A program made the translations under genes and the position numbers. From Deltaproteobacteria bacterium (GTDB taxonomy: Bacteria; SAR324; NAC60-12), in assembly GCA_038133845.1 (NCBI GenBank), contig JAYPUA010000007.1:7042-71041 (forward strand): a DNA stretch of 64,000 nucleotides. The letters are read 5' to 3'. The number at the start of each line of letters is the position of its first letter. Position 1 is the stretch's first letter. The notes beneath the pieces were generated by a model, which searched no databases, was not told the origin of the DNA, and saw only the letters and a list, made by a program, of their open reading frames with translations. This document shows positions 40,237-49,883 of this stretch, piece by piece.

Positions 40237-41304
40237 ATGATTGAAGACCTGACCAAGCCTCATCCGCTGATTGATGATGTCCGGATCAAGAACCTCAGAC
40301 CACTGATTCCCCCGGCAATTTTGCTGGAGGAGATGCCGGCTACGGATGAGATTGCCAACACGGTCAGCAGGCATCGCCAAGAGATTCAGGGAATTCTCCG
40401 TGGGCAGGATCCTCGCCTGCTGGCAGTGGTCGGGCCGTGCTCGGTTCATGACGTTGAGGCGGCCAAGGAGTATGCCAATCGCCTGAAGGGGGTCGCCGAT
40501 GAGCTGCAAGACCGCCTGAAGGTCGTGATGCGGGTCTACTTTGAGAAGCCAAGAACCACGGTTGGCTGGAAGGGACTGATCAACGACCCAAACCTGGATG
40601 GGAGCTTCAAGATCAACCAGGGCTTGCACGTGGCGCGTGGACTGCTCATTGAGATTGCCAAGTCAGGGTTGCCTGCAGGCTGCGAGTTTCTGGACACCAT
40701 TACCCCGCAGTTCATTGCGGATCTGGTCAGCTGGGGGGCGATTGGAGCCCGGACCACGGAGAGTCAGGTGCACCGCGAACTGGCGAGCGGGCTCTCCTGC
40801 TCCGTGGGTTTCAAGAATGGAACCGACGGCCGGGTGAACATCGCCATCGACGCGATCCGGGCCGCCTCCAACGGACACCACTTCCTCTCTGTGACCAAGC
40901 AGGGCTTGGTCGCCATTGTGGAGACCGCCGGAAATCCGGACTGCCACGTGATCCTGCGAGGAGCAGATTCGGGCCCAAACTACGATCCGGAATCGGTCAC
41001 TCAGGTCGTGGATGTGCTCCGGAAGGCGGGGTTGCCGGAAAAGCTGATGGTCGACTGCTCCCACGGCAACAGCCGCAAGGACTACCGAAAGCAGCGGGAG
41101 GTTGTCGCCAGCATCGCCGAACAGCGCGCTTTAGGCAACAGCCCGATCTTTGGAGTGATGATCGAGAGCCACCTCGTCGAAGGGCAGCAGAAGTGTACCA
41201 ACCCGGAAGACCTGCTCTATGGCCAATCCATCACGGATGCCTGCGTTGGCTGGGAAGAAACCGTCGAACTCCTCCACACGCTGGCCTCTGTGGAAAAAAA
41301 GTAA
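40237..41304 (+). CDS. 3-deoxy-7-phosphoheptulonate (DAHP) synthase, class I (AroG/F/H family)
   Basis: Near-collinear with E. coli AroG: MRVYFEKPRTTVGWKGLINDP, GAIGARTTESQVHRELASGLSC, KNGTDG. Confidence 0.9.
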   Translation: MIEDLTKPHPLIDDVRIKNLRPLIPPAILLEEMPATDEIANTVSRHRQEIQGILRGQDPRLLAVVGPCSVHDVEAAKEYANRLKGVADELQDRLKVVMRVYFEKPRTTVGWKGLINDPNLDGSFKINQGLHVARGLLIEIAKSGLPAGCEFLDTITPQFIADLVSWGAIGARTTESQVHRELASGLSCSVGFKNGTDGRVNIAIDAIRAASNGHHFLSVTKQGLVAIVETAGNPDCHVILRGADSGPNYDPESVTQVVDVLRKAGLPEKLMVDCSHGNSRKDYRKQREVVASIAEQRALGNSPIFGVMIESHLVEGQQKCTNPEDLLYGQSITDACVGWEETVELLHTLASVEKK

Positions 41305-41432
41305 CCCCCCAAAGAGAACTCCCCAAGGTACCCCGCACCAAATGAATTGAACCCGATGCGCATTCCCCCGGAATGAGACTCTTTGTGGACTCAAACTAGT
41401 ATACTACCATTATTCAAAGGCACCGTTTGCAG

Positions 41433-42782
41433 ATGAACAGAACGAACTCAGGAGTGCTGACCTTGTTGCTGCTGGCTTTGCTGAGTCTCCTCGGAGGCTC
41501 GCTGCAGGCTCAGGATCAGGGAGACATGCAGCAGAGGGTGGACGAACTGTCAGAGACGCCGACTCGGGAAATCCTCAAGGCCGCTCAGGAGCGCGAAGGA
41601 GACTTTCAGGCCCGTCTGGAGTCTTCCGGGCCTGAGGAGATTCTGGTGTACACCACCGCTCCGCCGGTCACCAGACAGTCTACGGGGAGGCTGGTCCTGA
41701 ACATCAGCTCGTTTGCGTCGCTCTCCCGGGTCCGGGTCAACCAGGAGTTGGTCCTTCTGGATGCCGGGACGTTCGACACGGCCCTGGAGTTTGCGTACAC
41801 CCTGGCTCCGGGAGAGAACCTGTTCAACACCCGGGTCGAGTCTGAATCCGGCGTGCTGGAAAAGACCTTCAAGATCTTTTTGGAGACCGATGAGGTGAAG
41901 TATCAGGATCCGGCCAAGGCGCGCAAGTCGAGCTTCTCCTTCATCACGATTGCCGGGGTCGCCCGGGATGACAACATCAACAGTGCCTCAAGCGATCCCA
42001 AGGCGGCGACCAAGAGCAGCCTGACTCTGGTGGCTGTGAAGCAAATTGCCACTGGCTACACCTCTGCTGTGGTCCTGACCGGGATTGTCAATGCCGATGA
42101 CCAGTGGAATTCGGAGTATAGCTCTCGGGAGATCCTGTTCCGGCAGTTCAGCGCAGACTGGAACGACTCCGCGCTTGCCTGGGGAGACCTGACGGTGGGG
42201 CTGGGCTACAACGAGGTGGGACTGAGTGACCTCTCCCGGGCTTCCGGCCTCAGAGACTCCTGGAATGGGAGCTACAAGCAGGGAGGCAGCGAGACCTTCG
42301 CCGGGTTGCAGTTGAAGGTTCCTTTTGAAGGGGAGTTGCAGTGGACCTCTTCCCTGCGCCTGGGAATCAAAACCAACCCGGGAGTTGCCGAGAAGGATCG
42401 GACCAACAAGCTGGGGCAGAAGCTGGACTTTCAGTACCTGGGGCAGAAATGGAACTGGGCCGGAGAGTACTCGACCACAGACACTCCGCTGGACAGCACT
42501 GACTCCCGGACATTCAGCACGACCCTGAAGGCAAGCCTGCCGATCAAGCCGCTGAAGTTCGGATTCCAGCTGGGATATTCGGATACTCAGAACAAGGCAG
42601 AGGATGCGACGGGGATACGCAAGAAAAGCTCGAAAGCCTCCGGAACATTTTCTGTGAGCTATCCCTTGAAGCCCACCGTGATTTTGGACTTTTCGCACAA
42701 GTACGAGGTCCAGCAGACCAACGTTTCCGGGTCTGACTACCGCAAGAACCTGGATACCCTGAACCTGACTCTGGTGTTTTGA
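41433..42782 (+). CDS. Outer-membrane beta-barrel protein, hypothetical
   Basis: Signal peptide LTLLLLALLSLLGGSLQA, amphipathic strand pattern, C-terminal ...LNLTLVF. The track ORF begins at a TTG at 41427, and the ATG at 41433 is preferred. Confidence 0.6.
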   Translation: MNRTNSGVLTLLLLALLSLLGGSLQAQDQGDMQQRVDELSETPTREILKAAQEREGDFQARLESSGPEEILVYTTAPPVTRQSTGRLVLNISSFASLSRVRVNQELVLLDAGTFDTALEFAYTLAPGENLFNTRVESESGVLEKTFKIFLETDEVKYQDPAKARKSSFSFITIAGVARDDNINSASSDPKAATKSSLTLVAVKQIATGYTSAVVLTGIVNADDQWNSEYSSREILFRQFSADWNDSALAWGDLTVGLGYNEVGLSDLSRASGLRDSWNGSYKQGGSETFAGLQLKVPFEGELQWTSSLRLGIKTNPGVAEKDRTNKLGQKLDFQYLGQKWNWAGEYSTTDTPLDSTDSRTFSTTLKASLPIKPLKFGFQLGYSDTQNKAEDATGIRKKSSKASGTFSVSYPLKPTVILDFSHKYEVQQTNVSGSDYRKNLDTLNLTLVF

Positions 42783-42784
42783 AC

Positions 42785-43756
42785 ATGCGATACCTGCTCT
42801 CTGTCCTGCTCCTGCTGACGATCGGCTCTTCCGTGTTTGCCCAGGAGTCTTTTGTCCGGTTGCTCTCCGGGCGCCTCAAGCTTCAGTTGGGTCCCCAAGC
42901 CCGCTTCCTGACGCATCAGGATGCGCAAAATCCGCTTGAGGTCAAGCTGCTGGTGGGAGAGCGGATCCAAACGGGCAAGGACACCCAGGCCGAAGTCTCC
43001 TTGAGAGGCGGCGAAGAGGTGATTCAGCTTCGCTCCGGATCCCTGTTCACCGTCAACGACCTGAGCGAGAAACAGACGAAGCTCTCGATGCCGATTGGGA
43101 AGGCCAAGTTCAAGGTGGACCCTAAGCGAAAGCTCAAGCGAGGGTTTCAGGTCCGGACGACCACGGCCATCATTGGAGTTCGAGGGACGGAGTTTGTCAT
43201 GGGCGCCGGGGAGGGGCAGACCAGCATGCTGACCCTCTCGGGTGCCGTCGAGATGGCCTCTGTGGAGGCTCCGGCGGTCAAGGTCCGGGTCAACATCGGG
43301 CAGGCCAGTAAGCTGGTGGTCGGCAAGGCTCCAACTCCTCCGGTTTCCGTTCCTCCGGAGCTGCGGACTTCCATCGCAGAGGGCGACTCCACCGAGTCCT
43401 TCGAGGTCGTCTCCTTCCCTCCGGCTCAAGATATTGAGGAGGCCGCTGCAGAACAAGAGCAGGCCCAGGACGCCGAAGAAGAACCGAAACAAGACGCCGA
43501 AGAAGAGGACAACCCGGAGGAAGAACCCACTGATGAGGCTCCAGCGGAAGACGACGCGCTTCCCGCAGAAGAGGAGCCTGCCATGGAGACCCCAGAGCTG
43601 GAGGCCCCGGAGGAAATCGAGATCGACCTTGGAGAGCTGGACGTCCTGAATGACCTGCTTGAAGAGGTAAACGATACGGTGAATGATGCGGTCGAAGAGG
43701 CTGCTGAAGAAGCTGCCGAGACGGAGCGCACCATAAAAATCAACATCAACGAGTAA
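42785..43756 (+). CDS. Secreted FecR-domain protein with a highly acidic C-terminal tail
   Basis: Signal MRYLLSVLLLLTIGSSVFAQ. FecR-type core (TTAIIGVRGTEF). The C-terminal 100 aa is E/D/P-rich. Starts 2 nt after the upstream OMP stop. Confidence 0.65.
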   Translation: MRYLLSVLLLLTIGSSVFAQESFVRLLSGRLKLQLGPQARFLTHQDAQNPLEVKLLVGERIQTGKDTQAEVSLRGGEEVIQLRSGSLFTVNDLSEKQTKLSMPIGKAKFKVDPKRKLKRGFQVRTTTAIIGVRGTEFVMGAGEGQTSMLTLSGAVEMASVEAPAVKVRVNIGQASKLVVGKAPTPPVSVPPELRTSIAEGDSTESFEVVSFPPAQDIEEAAAEQEQAQDAEEEPKQDAEEEDNPEEEPTDEAPAEDDALPAEEEPAMETPELEAPEEIEIDLGELDVLNDLLEEVNDTVNDAVEEAAEEAAETERTIKININE

Positions 43757-43761
43757 CCACG

Positions 43762-45111
43762 ATGTCTCGAAACTACCTGCTCTTGCTGATGTTCCTTGCC
43801 GGATCGCTGGGGATTTTGAACTCCTGCGGCGACATCCCGGATGAATCTCCAAATTCGGTCAAGGTCTCGCTGGGAGTGAGCGACCATGCCCACCGGTCCA
43901 GAAACCTGGGGCGTTGGCCCTTCCGCTCAAACGCAGCCCTAGAGCTTTCATCGACTGACCAAGGGGTGGCCTACCTGTTTCAGACCTCTGCCTTTGACCT
44001 CACTCAGGAAAACGTCTCAGACCCAAGAGAGCTTGCCTACTCTTACGGAGACTACACCAGAACAAGCGGTCTCTCCGGAAGTGCTGAATTGACAGCTCCC
44101 ATAGGCGAGGAGGTCTTTGTTGCAGTGGGCTTCTCCGATGCTCAGGGTCAAGGGATTGGCCACTTCTTCACTCAGCCCTTTACCGTCTCCAGCAGCCAAA
44201 CATCGATTACAACCCAGATCGATCAGGTATTTTTGGACAACACCACGTCAGGAGGAGACAACTCCACAACGGACAACACGACTTCCAATCCTCCACCAAG
44301 TGGGAGCCCTCCGGCCGGTGTTTTCTATACGTACGACGATGGAATTAGCCTGAACGTTGCGACCTGGGACAACCAGAGCGCGAACTCCATCAATTTGTAC
44401 TCACCGGAAGCCCTGGATAACTCCAGCGTCGCCGTTGGAGCGTCGTGTAGTGCAAGTGATTCGATTGTGCTCCATGACAACGCGACAAATCAGTGCATCT
44501 CGTTGTCGCTGGCGTCTTCCGGGTACCCCATGGACAACGCAAGCAACGGGATGTACTTCAACTACTCCACAGCCACTGCTCTTCAGGCTGGGCAGGATTA
44601 TGCGCTCCAGCTCTCCAGCAGTATCCTGTATGACAACGGGAGCGCAGCCTTCCCCAGCGGCAAGGAGATCGCCTTCCGCCTTGTCTTCAAACCTTATGCG
44701 CCTTGGCCTCCGACAGAAAGCATCTCCATTTCAGGATCACCGCCTTCAATGGTCAGTTTGGGAGGGAACAGCTGGGATAGCTACTCTCTGACAGAACTGT
44801 ACCCGAGTATCCAGGCTCAGAGCATCAACCCATCCACAGTGAACACCTCAGAGAGCACAACGTGCTCAGGCTCGCTTCAACTGTACGACAACGCGAGCAA
44901 CGCATGCATCGGGCTGACGCTGACAGGCACACACTATCCTGACGATTCTGGGTCATATTTGAACATCGATGCCTTCGCCAAGCAGTCACTGGTTCGAGGG
45001 AACGATTACGCCTTGATCTTCACGGATGCAATTCAGTATGACAACGGAAGCAGCGTCTTTCCTTCCGGAGCGACGGTGAACTTTCAGGCTGTGGAGTTTG
45101 TGGAGTATTGA
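43762..45111 (+). CDS. Lipoprotein with a tandem roughly 105 aa repeat
   Basis: Lipobox LGILNSC. Two internal repeats, each with a Cys pair and LYDNxSN / YDNGS motifs, at roughly aa 200-308 and 340-446. Confidence 0.6.
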   Translation: MSRNYLLLLMFLAGSLGILNSCGDIPDESPNSVKVSLGVSDHAHRSRNLGRWPFRSNAALELSSTDQGVAYLFQTSAFDLTQENVSDPRELAYSYGDYTRTSGLSGSAELTAPIGEEVFVAVGFSDAQGQGIGHFFTQPFTVSSSQTSITTQIDQVFLDNTTSGGDNSTTDNTTSNPPPSGSPPAGVFYTYDDGISLNVATWDNQSANSINLYSPEALDNSSVAVGASCSASDSIVLHDNATNQCISLSLASSGYPMDNASNGMYFNYSTATALQAGQDYALQLSSSILYDNGSAAFPSGKEIAFRLVFKPYAPWPPTESISISGSPPSMVSLGGNSWDSYSLTELYPSIQAQSINPSTVNTSESTTCSGSLQLYDNASNACIGLTLTGTHYPDDSGSYLNIDAFAKQSLVRGNDYALIFTDAIQYDNGSSVFPSGATVNFQAVEFVEY

Positions 45112-45147
45112 ACTCAACAGGAGCGAGAGGGAAGGGCTTGAGGAGGG

Positions 45148-45483
45148 TTACCTCGGTTTTTCCGGGTAGATGGTCTTCATTCTGGTTTTGATGGGAGGGG
45201 GGAACTTGCGGCGCTCTTCCACGTGCTTTTGCATCTTGTCGTAGTCCAAGACATCCGGCTCGGTGCTGAAGAAAGAGGACTTGCTGCTGTTGTCCATGGT
45301 CGCGAGGGCTTTTTTCAGGCGTCCGTAGGCTGGGTCGGCCTCAACGCGTTGGCGGAGTCGGTCGTAGTTGAGCGGAGGGTTGACGGTGCCAAAGGCCGGA
45401 GGCACCTGAGCGCTGGGGGAGGGTGCTCCGGCAAGCAGCAGGATTCCACTCAGAGTCAGACAGAGGATAAAACGAGCGCGCAT
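45148..45483 (-). CDS. Small secreted protein, hypothetical
   Basis: Signal peptide MRARFILCLTLSGILLLAGAPSPSAQ. 111 aa. Confidence 0.45.
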   Translation of the reverse strand: MRARFILCLTLSGILLLAGAPSPSAQVPPAFGTVNPPLNYDRLRQRVEADPAYGRLKKALATMDNSSKSSFFSTEPDVLDYDKMQKHVEERRKFPPPIKTRMKTIYPEKPR

Positions 45484-45498
45484 GGTGTTTCTTCAGAC

Positions 45499-45696
45499 TC
45501 AATCTCTGTACCGAGCGGGGGCCCGGCATTCGTCAAACTTTTGGGGCGTGTAGCTGTAGGCGGTGCCACGGGTCTGGCGATCCTCTTCCAGAGCAGGAAG
45601 GCAGGCCTCATAGTTTTGGGAATCGTAGGATCGCAGGGTTCCGCACCCTCCAAGCAGCAGCAATGCAGGAATCCATCCCCACTTCAGGAGCGACAT
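45499..45696 (-). CDS. Small putative lipoprotein (65 aa)
   Basis: MSLLKWGWIPALLLLGGCG lipobox. Overlaps the 3' end of the cysteine desulfurase gene by about 13 nt in a different frame, so it is uncertain. Confidence 0.3.
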   Translation of the reverse strand: MSLLKWGWIPALLLLGGCGTLRSYDSQNYEACLPALEEDRQTRGTAYSYTPQKFDECRAPARYRD

Positions 45697-46847
45697 TGTT
45701 TTTTCCTGTACAGGCGGTGTACGTGATGCTCCAGCCGATTGCTGAGACGTTCGACCTCGGAGGTGGTGGTGTTCCACCCCAGGCTGACTCTTAGGCTGGC
45801 CTTGGCTTGCTCCCGGGAGCGTCCCTGAGCGAGCAGCACCGGGCTGGCTTCCAGAGCACCGGAAGAGCAGGCGGATCCAGTCGAAATCGAAACCCCCTCC
45901 AGATCTAGGGCAATCACCAGAGTCTCGGCACTGAGCCCTTCAAATCCGAAATTCAGCACATGCGGGAGGCCGCTTTTTTCCGGAGGGCTGTTCCGAAAGA
46001 ACCCCGGGAGCCTTCCCAGCCGGGACCACAGCTCTCGAGAGAGTTCCTGGTGTTTCCGGGCCAGGGCCTCCTGGTGCGTGGTGTACCACTCCACAGCCTG
46101 GGCAAAGCCACAGGCCAGCAAGACGCTCTCTGTTCCTGCGCGCCGTACGCGTTCCTGCTTGCCTCCGAAGAGCAAGGGATGCAGCGGCGTACCTTGGCGG
46201 ATGTAAAGCAGCCCGATTCCCCGGGGGCCGCCCAGCTTGTGAGCTGTCGCGGTAGCGTAGTCGAACGGAGCGAGATCAAGCGCCTGCTTGCCGAGCACCT
46301 GCGTGGCATCCGTGTGAAACAGGATCTGCTGGCTTCGGCAGAGTTGCGCCAAATCGGACACAGGCTGCAGGGCTCCGGTTTCGTTGTTTGCCGCCATCAC
46401 GGAGACCAGTCGGGTGTCCGGACTGAGCACCTCCCGAAGCTCCTCGGCCAGCACCACTCCGTGCTCATCCACCCTCAACAGGTGAACCTGCACCCCGGCG
46501 TGCGCCTTCAGGTCCCGGACGGCCTCCAGCACGGAGGGGTGTTCGATGGAGGAGGTGACCAGGTGCCGAGGTTCCGGGTGCTGAAGAATCTGCCGAATCG
46601 CCGTGTTGTTGCTCTCGCTCCCTCCGCTGGTGAACAGCAGCTCCTGAGCGGAGACCCCCAGTTGGCGCGCAATTCGCTTGCGTGAAGTCTCCAGCAGCGT
46701 CCGTGCGTCACGCCCTTCCCGGTGAGGGCTGGAGGGGTTGCCAAAAGCACCCATTGCCTCCAGCATCGCCTCCCGGACTTCCGGAAGCAGCGGAGTCGTG
46801 GCATTATGGTCGAGATAGGCAGATGTCTCGGATCCGTTATTCTTCAT
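45684..46847 (-). CDS. Cysteine desulfurase (NifS/IscS class V aminotransferase)
   Basis: Conserved PLP-lysine region (TATAHKLGGPRGIG) and catalytic-Cys region (SISTGSACSSG). 387 aa. Confidence 0.88.
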   Translation of the reverse strand: MKNNGSETSAYLDHNATTPLLPEVREAMLEAMGAFGNPSSPHREGRDARTLLETSRKRIARQLGVSAQELLFTSGGSESNNTAIRQILQHPEPRHLVTSSIEHPSVLEAVRDLKAHAGVQVHLLRVDEHGVVLAEELREVLSPDTRLVSVMAANNETGALQPVSDLAQLCRSQQILFHTDATQVLGKQALDLAPFDYATATAHKLGGPRGIGLLYIRQGTPLHPLLFGGKQERVRRAGTESVLLACGFAQAVEWYTTHQEALARKHQELSRELWSRLGRLPGFFRNSPPEKSGLPHVLNFGFEGLSAETLVIALDLEGVSISTGSACSSGALEASPVLLAQGRSREQAKASLRVSLGWNTTTSEVERLSNRLEHHVHRLYRKKQCRS

Positions 46848-46862
46848 TCAAAGAGTGCGTTC

Positions 46863-47696
46863 ATGCGTGGGTTTTTCGTCTTTTGGCTCTGTTGCTGGAG
46901 CACCGTCCTCTGGGCCCAGGGCACCGATTTCTTCTTCACGCCGAAGCCCGAACCCCCTGTACCGCCTCCGGTGGTCACACCGGAGCCGCCACCGCCGCCG
47001 AAACCTGAGCCTCTCCCGGAGCCGCCTCCCGCACCGCCACCTGTCCCGGAGGCCGTGGAGCCACCTTCAACGTCGATCTCGGATGTGATCTTCCTGCTCG
47101 ACACCTCCGGATCGATGGACGCGTTCCTCTCCGGACAGAGGCAGAGCAAGCTCTCTGCTGCTCAGGAAGCTCTCGACTTCTTCGCACGTCGCATGCAGCC
47201 CGGAACGCGTTTTCAGCTCTGGACCTTTGATTCCCGGGTGCGTCAGCTACCCAACTCTCCCGAGGCTCCGGCCTCCAGAGAGGTCGTGTTTGAGGTGATC
47301 GGACCGGAGGGCTCTGCGGTCCGCAAGCACCTGCAACAGCAGATTGCCGGACTGGAAACCCGAGGCGGAACGAACCTGTATCAGGCTGTGCACCAGGCGA
47401 TCCGCCACTTTGACAGCAGCACCTACCAGGTCCCGGAGAAGGCCATCCGAAAGCAGATCGTGGTGGTGCTCGCAGATGGGCAGGATGACAACCTCTCCGG
47501 GTTCACGCTCCAGCAGGTCCTGCAGGCTCGGCAGCGCTTCCCCGAGGTTCAGGTCCGGACCATCGGGTTCGGGGTGACCCAAAGTGACCCGCTCCAGCAG
47601 GTTCTCTGCCAGATCGCCGGGTCCGCCGAAGCTTGCACGCTGGCAAGGAGCGCTGAGGACCTCACGCAGATCATCCAGTCGTTCACTGAATCGTAA
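46863..47696 (+). CDS. Secreted von Willebrand factor A (VWA) domain protein with a proline-rich linker
   Basis: Signal-like MRGFFVFWLCCWSTVLWAQG. A PEPPxP-rich segment. MIDAS motif DTSGSM and VWA fold features. Start chosen at the internal Met. Confidence 0.65.
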   Translation: MRGFFVFWLCCWSTVLWAQGTDFFFTPKPEPPVPPPVVTPEPPPPPKPEPLPEPPPAPPPVPEAVEPPSTSISDVIFLLDTSGSMDAFLSGQRQSKLSAAQEALDFFARRMQPGTRFQLWTFDSRVRQLPNSPEAPASREVVFEVIGPEGSAVRKHLQQQIAGLETRGGTNLYQAVHQAIRHFDSSTYQVPEKAIRKQIVVVLADGQDDNLSGFTLQQVLQARQRFPEVQVRTIGFGVTQSDPLQQVLCQIAGSAEACTLARSAEDLTQIIQSFTES

Positions 47697-47800
47697 ACGA
47701 ATTTGTGCGCAACTCCAAGCAGCCTGTCCGGATTTTTCCCTCCCCGCCGGCCGCCGGAGATCAGCGCTGAAATCACTCATTCTTATACATGGGAAGTGCC

Positions 47801-49189
47801 ATGATCGCAATGATTCTTGCCGGCGGAAGCGGCACCCGCCTGTGGCCGTACAGCCGCACGATGAGCCCCAAGCAGTTCCTGAACCTGGGCTCAACCCACG
47901 AGTCGCTCCTACAGGAGACCGTACGCCGCCTGAACCCCCTGATTCCTCCAGAAAAGGTGTACGTGGTCGGTTCACGCACCCACGAGTTCGAGCTGCGCCA
48001 GCAACTGCAGCAGACGCTTCCAGGCCTGCCGGGCTCTCGGCTGCTGCTCGAGCCCATGGCCCGCAACACCGCGCCGGCCATCCTGTGGGGTCTGAATTGC
48101 CTGCCTGAAGACTGCTGGCAAGAGCCCGTGGTCATCCTCCCGGCGGACCATCTGATCCGAGCCGAGTCCCGTTTCCGGGACGCTCTGGAGCAGGCGGCGA
48201 AGCTGGCCGAGTCTGGCTACATCGTCACCTTTGGCATTCGTCCGGATCGTCCGGAAACCGGTTATGGCTACATTCAGGCCGGAGCCCCGCTGGAGGTGGG
48301 GTTTCAGGTGAAGCGTTTTCTGGAGAAGCCCGACCTGGAGACGGCGGAGCGGCTGATCCAATCTCCCGACCACACCTGGAACTCGGGGATCTTCATGGCC
48401 ACTCCCAAGACCCTCCGGAGCGAGTTTGCCCGCTGGACTCCGGAGCTGTTTCAGGCCTTCGAGGAGGCGCGGGAAGCCAAGACCTTGCAGGATCCGGAGG
48501 CACTGGAGGCGCTGTTTGAATCAGTCAATCCCGATTCCATCGACTATGCCCTTATGGAGAAATCCGAGGCGGTCGCCGTCCTCCCAGTGGAGATGGCGTG
48601 GAGCGATCTGGGGAGCTGGGAGAGCATCTTCGAGGTTTCGGAGAAGGACGAGAACAACAACGTCCTCCGGGGTAACGTGATCTCTCACGATACCCGGAAC
48701 TCACTGATCTTCAGCTCGAAAAAGCTGGTGACCAGCATCGGGGTGGAGAACCTGATCATTGTGGAGACCGACGACGCGCTGCTCGTCTGCAACCTGGACC
48801 GCTCCCAGGATGTGAAGAAGTTGGTGGAGACGCTGAAGGAGGAGGAGCGCTACGAGTACCAGTTTCACACGCGGGTGCTGCGTCCCTGGGGCTCGGCCAC
48901 CACACTGCATGAGCATCCGGGGTACTGCATCCGCCTGCTGGAGATTGAACCGGGAGGAGCGATCTCCCTACAGCGGCACCGGCATCGCAGCGAACACTTT
49001 GTGGTCCTCAGCGGGGCGGCGGATGTGGTTCGCGGAGAAGAACAGTTTCTGCTGACGGAGAATGAATCGATCCATGTGCCGAAGTCGGTGAAGCACCGGA
49101 TCGCCAATGAGGGCCGGATTCCGCTTCAGATCATCGAGGTGCAACAGGGCAGCTACCTGGGAGCAGACGATATCGAGCGCTTTGGCTGA
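47801..49189 (+). CDS. manC: Mannose-1-phosphate guanylyltransferase / mannose-6-phosphate isomerase (ManC/XanB/AlgA type) with a C-terminal cupin
   Basis: MIAMILAGGSGTRLWPYSR nucleotidyltransferase N-terminus. C-terminal cupin with the HRHRSEHF motif. Confidence 0.85.
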   Translation: MIAMILAGGSGTRLWPYSRTMSPKQFLNLGSTHESLLQETVRRLNPLIPPEKVYVVGSRTHEFELRQQLQQTLPGLPGSRLLLEPMARNTAPAILWGLNCLPEDCWQEPVVILPADHLIRAESRFRDALEQAAKLAESGYIVTFGIRPDRPETGYGYIQAGAPLEVGFQVKRFLEKPDLETAERLIQSPDHTWNSGIFMATPKTLRSEFARWTPELFQAFEEAREAKTLQDPEALEALFESVNPDSIDYALMEKSEAVAVLPVEMAWSDLGSWESIFEVSEKDENNNVLRGNVISHDTRNSLIFSSKKLVTSIGVENLIIVETDDALLVCNLDRSQDVKKLVETLKEEERYEYQFHTRVLRPWGSATTLHEHPGYCIRLLEIEPGGAISLQRHRHRSEHFVVLSGAADVVRGEEQFLLTENESIHVPKSVKHRIANEGRIPLQIIEVQQGSYLGADDIERFG

Positions 49190-49197
49190 GAGGCCCG

Positions 49198-49779
49198 TCA
49201 GCGCCCGGCGTTGTAGACTGGGCCACCGAGGTCGGCGTAAAGCTGCAGGATGCGGCGCCCTTCCTCACGCAGGCACTCCGGAACGATCCGGATGCCCCGC
49301 CGGGTCAGCTGCTGGTTGTAGTCCGGAGGGAGCGGGCCTTCGTCAAAACCGGCGATCGACTCCACATCCTCGGGTTCTGCTGAAGAGACCACCTCGGTCA
49401 CCCCGGACCAGCAGACGTTCCCCAGACACATCGCACACATCTTCCCGCTGGTGACCATCTGATGCTGGGGGAGCCCCGGAGCAGAGAGGTCGAAATGCTC
49501 TCGAGCCTTCTGAGCCAGCATCAAGGCCATCATTTCCGCATGGGCGGCAGAGCACTGCTGGGCCACCACCACGTTCACTCCCACGGAAACCAACTCCCCG
49601 GTGTCCTGCACGAAGACCGCTGCTCCAAATGGCCCGCCTGTCCCCTCCCGGATGTTGTGCTCCGTCATGGCCAGCACAAAGCGCATCCGCTCCTCAACGT
49701 CTGCGATTGGAAAGGTATACTGCGAAACAAAATCGCTCACCCAGTCCGGCAGGCTCAAGCTGATTTGGTGTTGTGGCAT
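49198..49779 (-). CDS. CMP/dCMP-type zinc deaminase family protein (guanine/nucleoside deaminase-like)
   Basis: Zinc-binding HAE (CSAAHAEMMA) and CAMC (PCxxC equivalent) motifs. Confidence 0.7.
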   Translation of the reverse strand: MPQHQISLSLPDWVSDFVSQYTFPIADVEERMRFVLAMTEHNIREGTGGPFGAAVFVQDTGELVSVGVNVVVAQQCSAAHAEMMALMLAQKAREHFDLSAPGLPQHQMVTSGKMCAMCLGNVCWSGVTEVVSSAEPEDVESIAGFDEGPLPPDYNQQLTRRGIRIVPECLREEGRRILQLYADLGGPVYNAGR

Positions 49780-49883
49780 AGCTCTCTGAAATGATGAAAA
49801 ATTTGCAAGGCAAGGGAGAATCTATCAGCAACCTGTCAGGCTGTCAACGCGCTTCTCAACCGCTGCACCAGGCGGCGGGAGGC

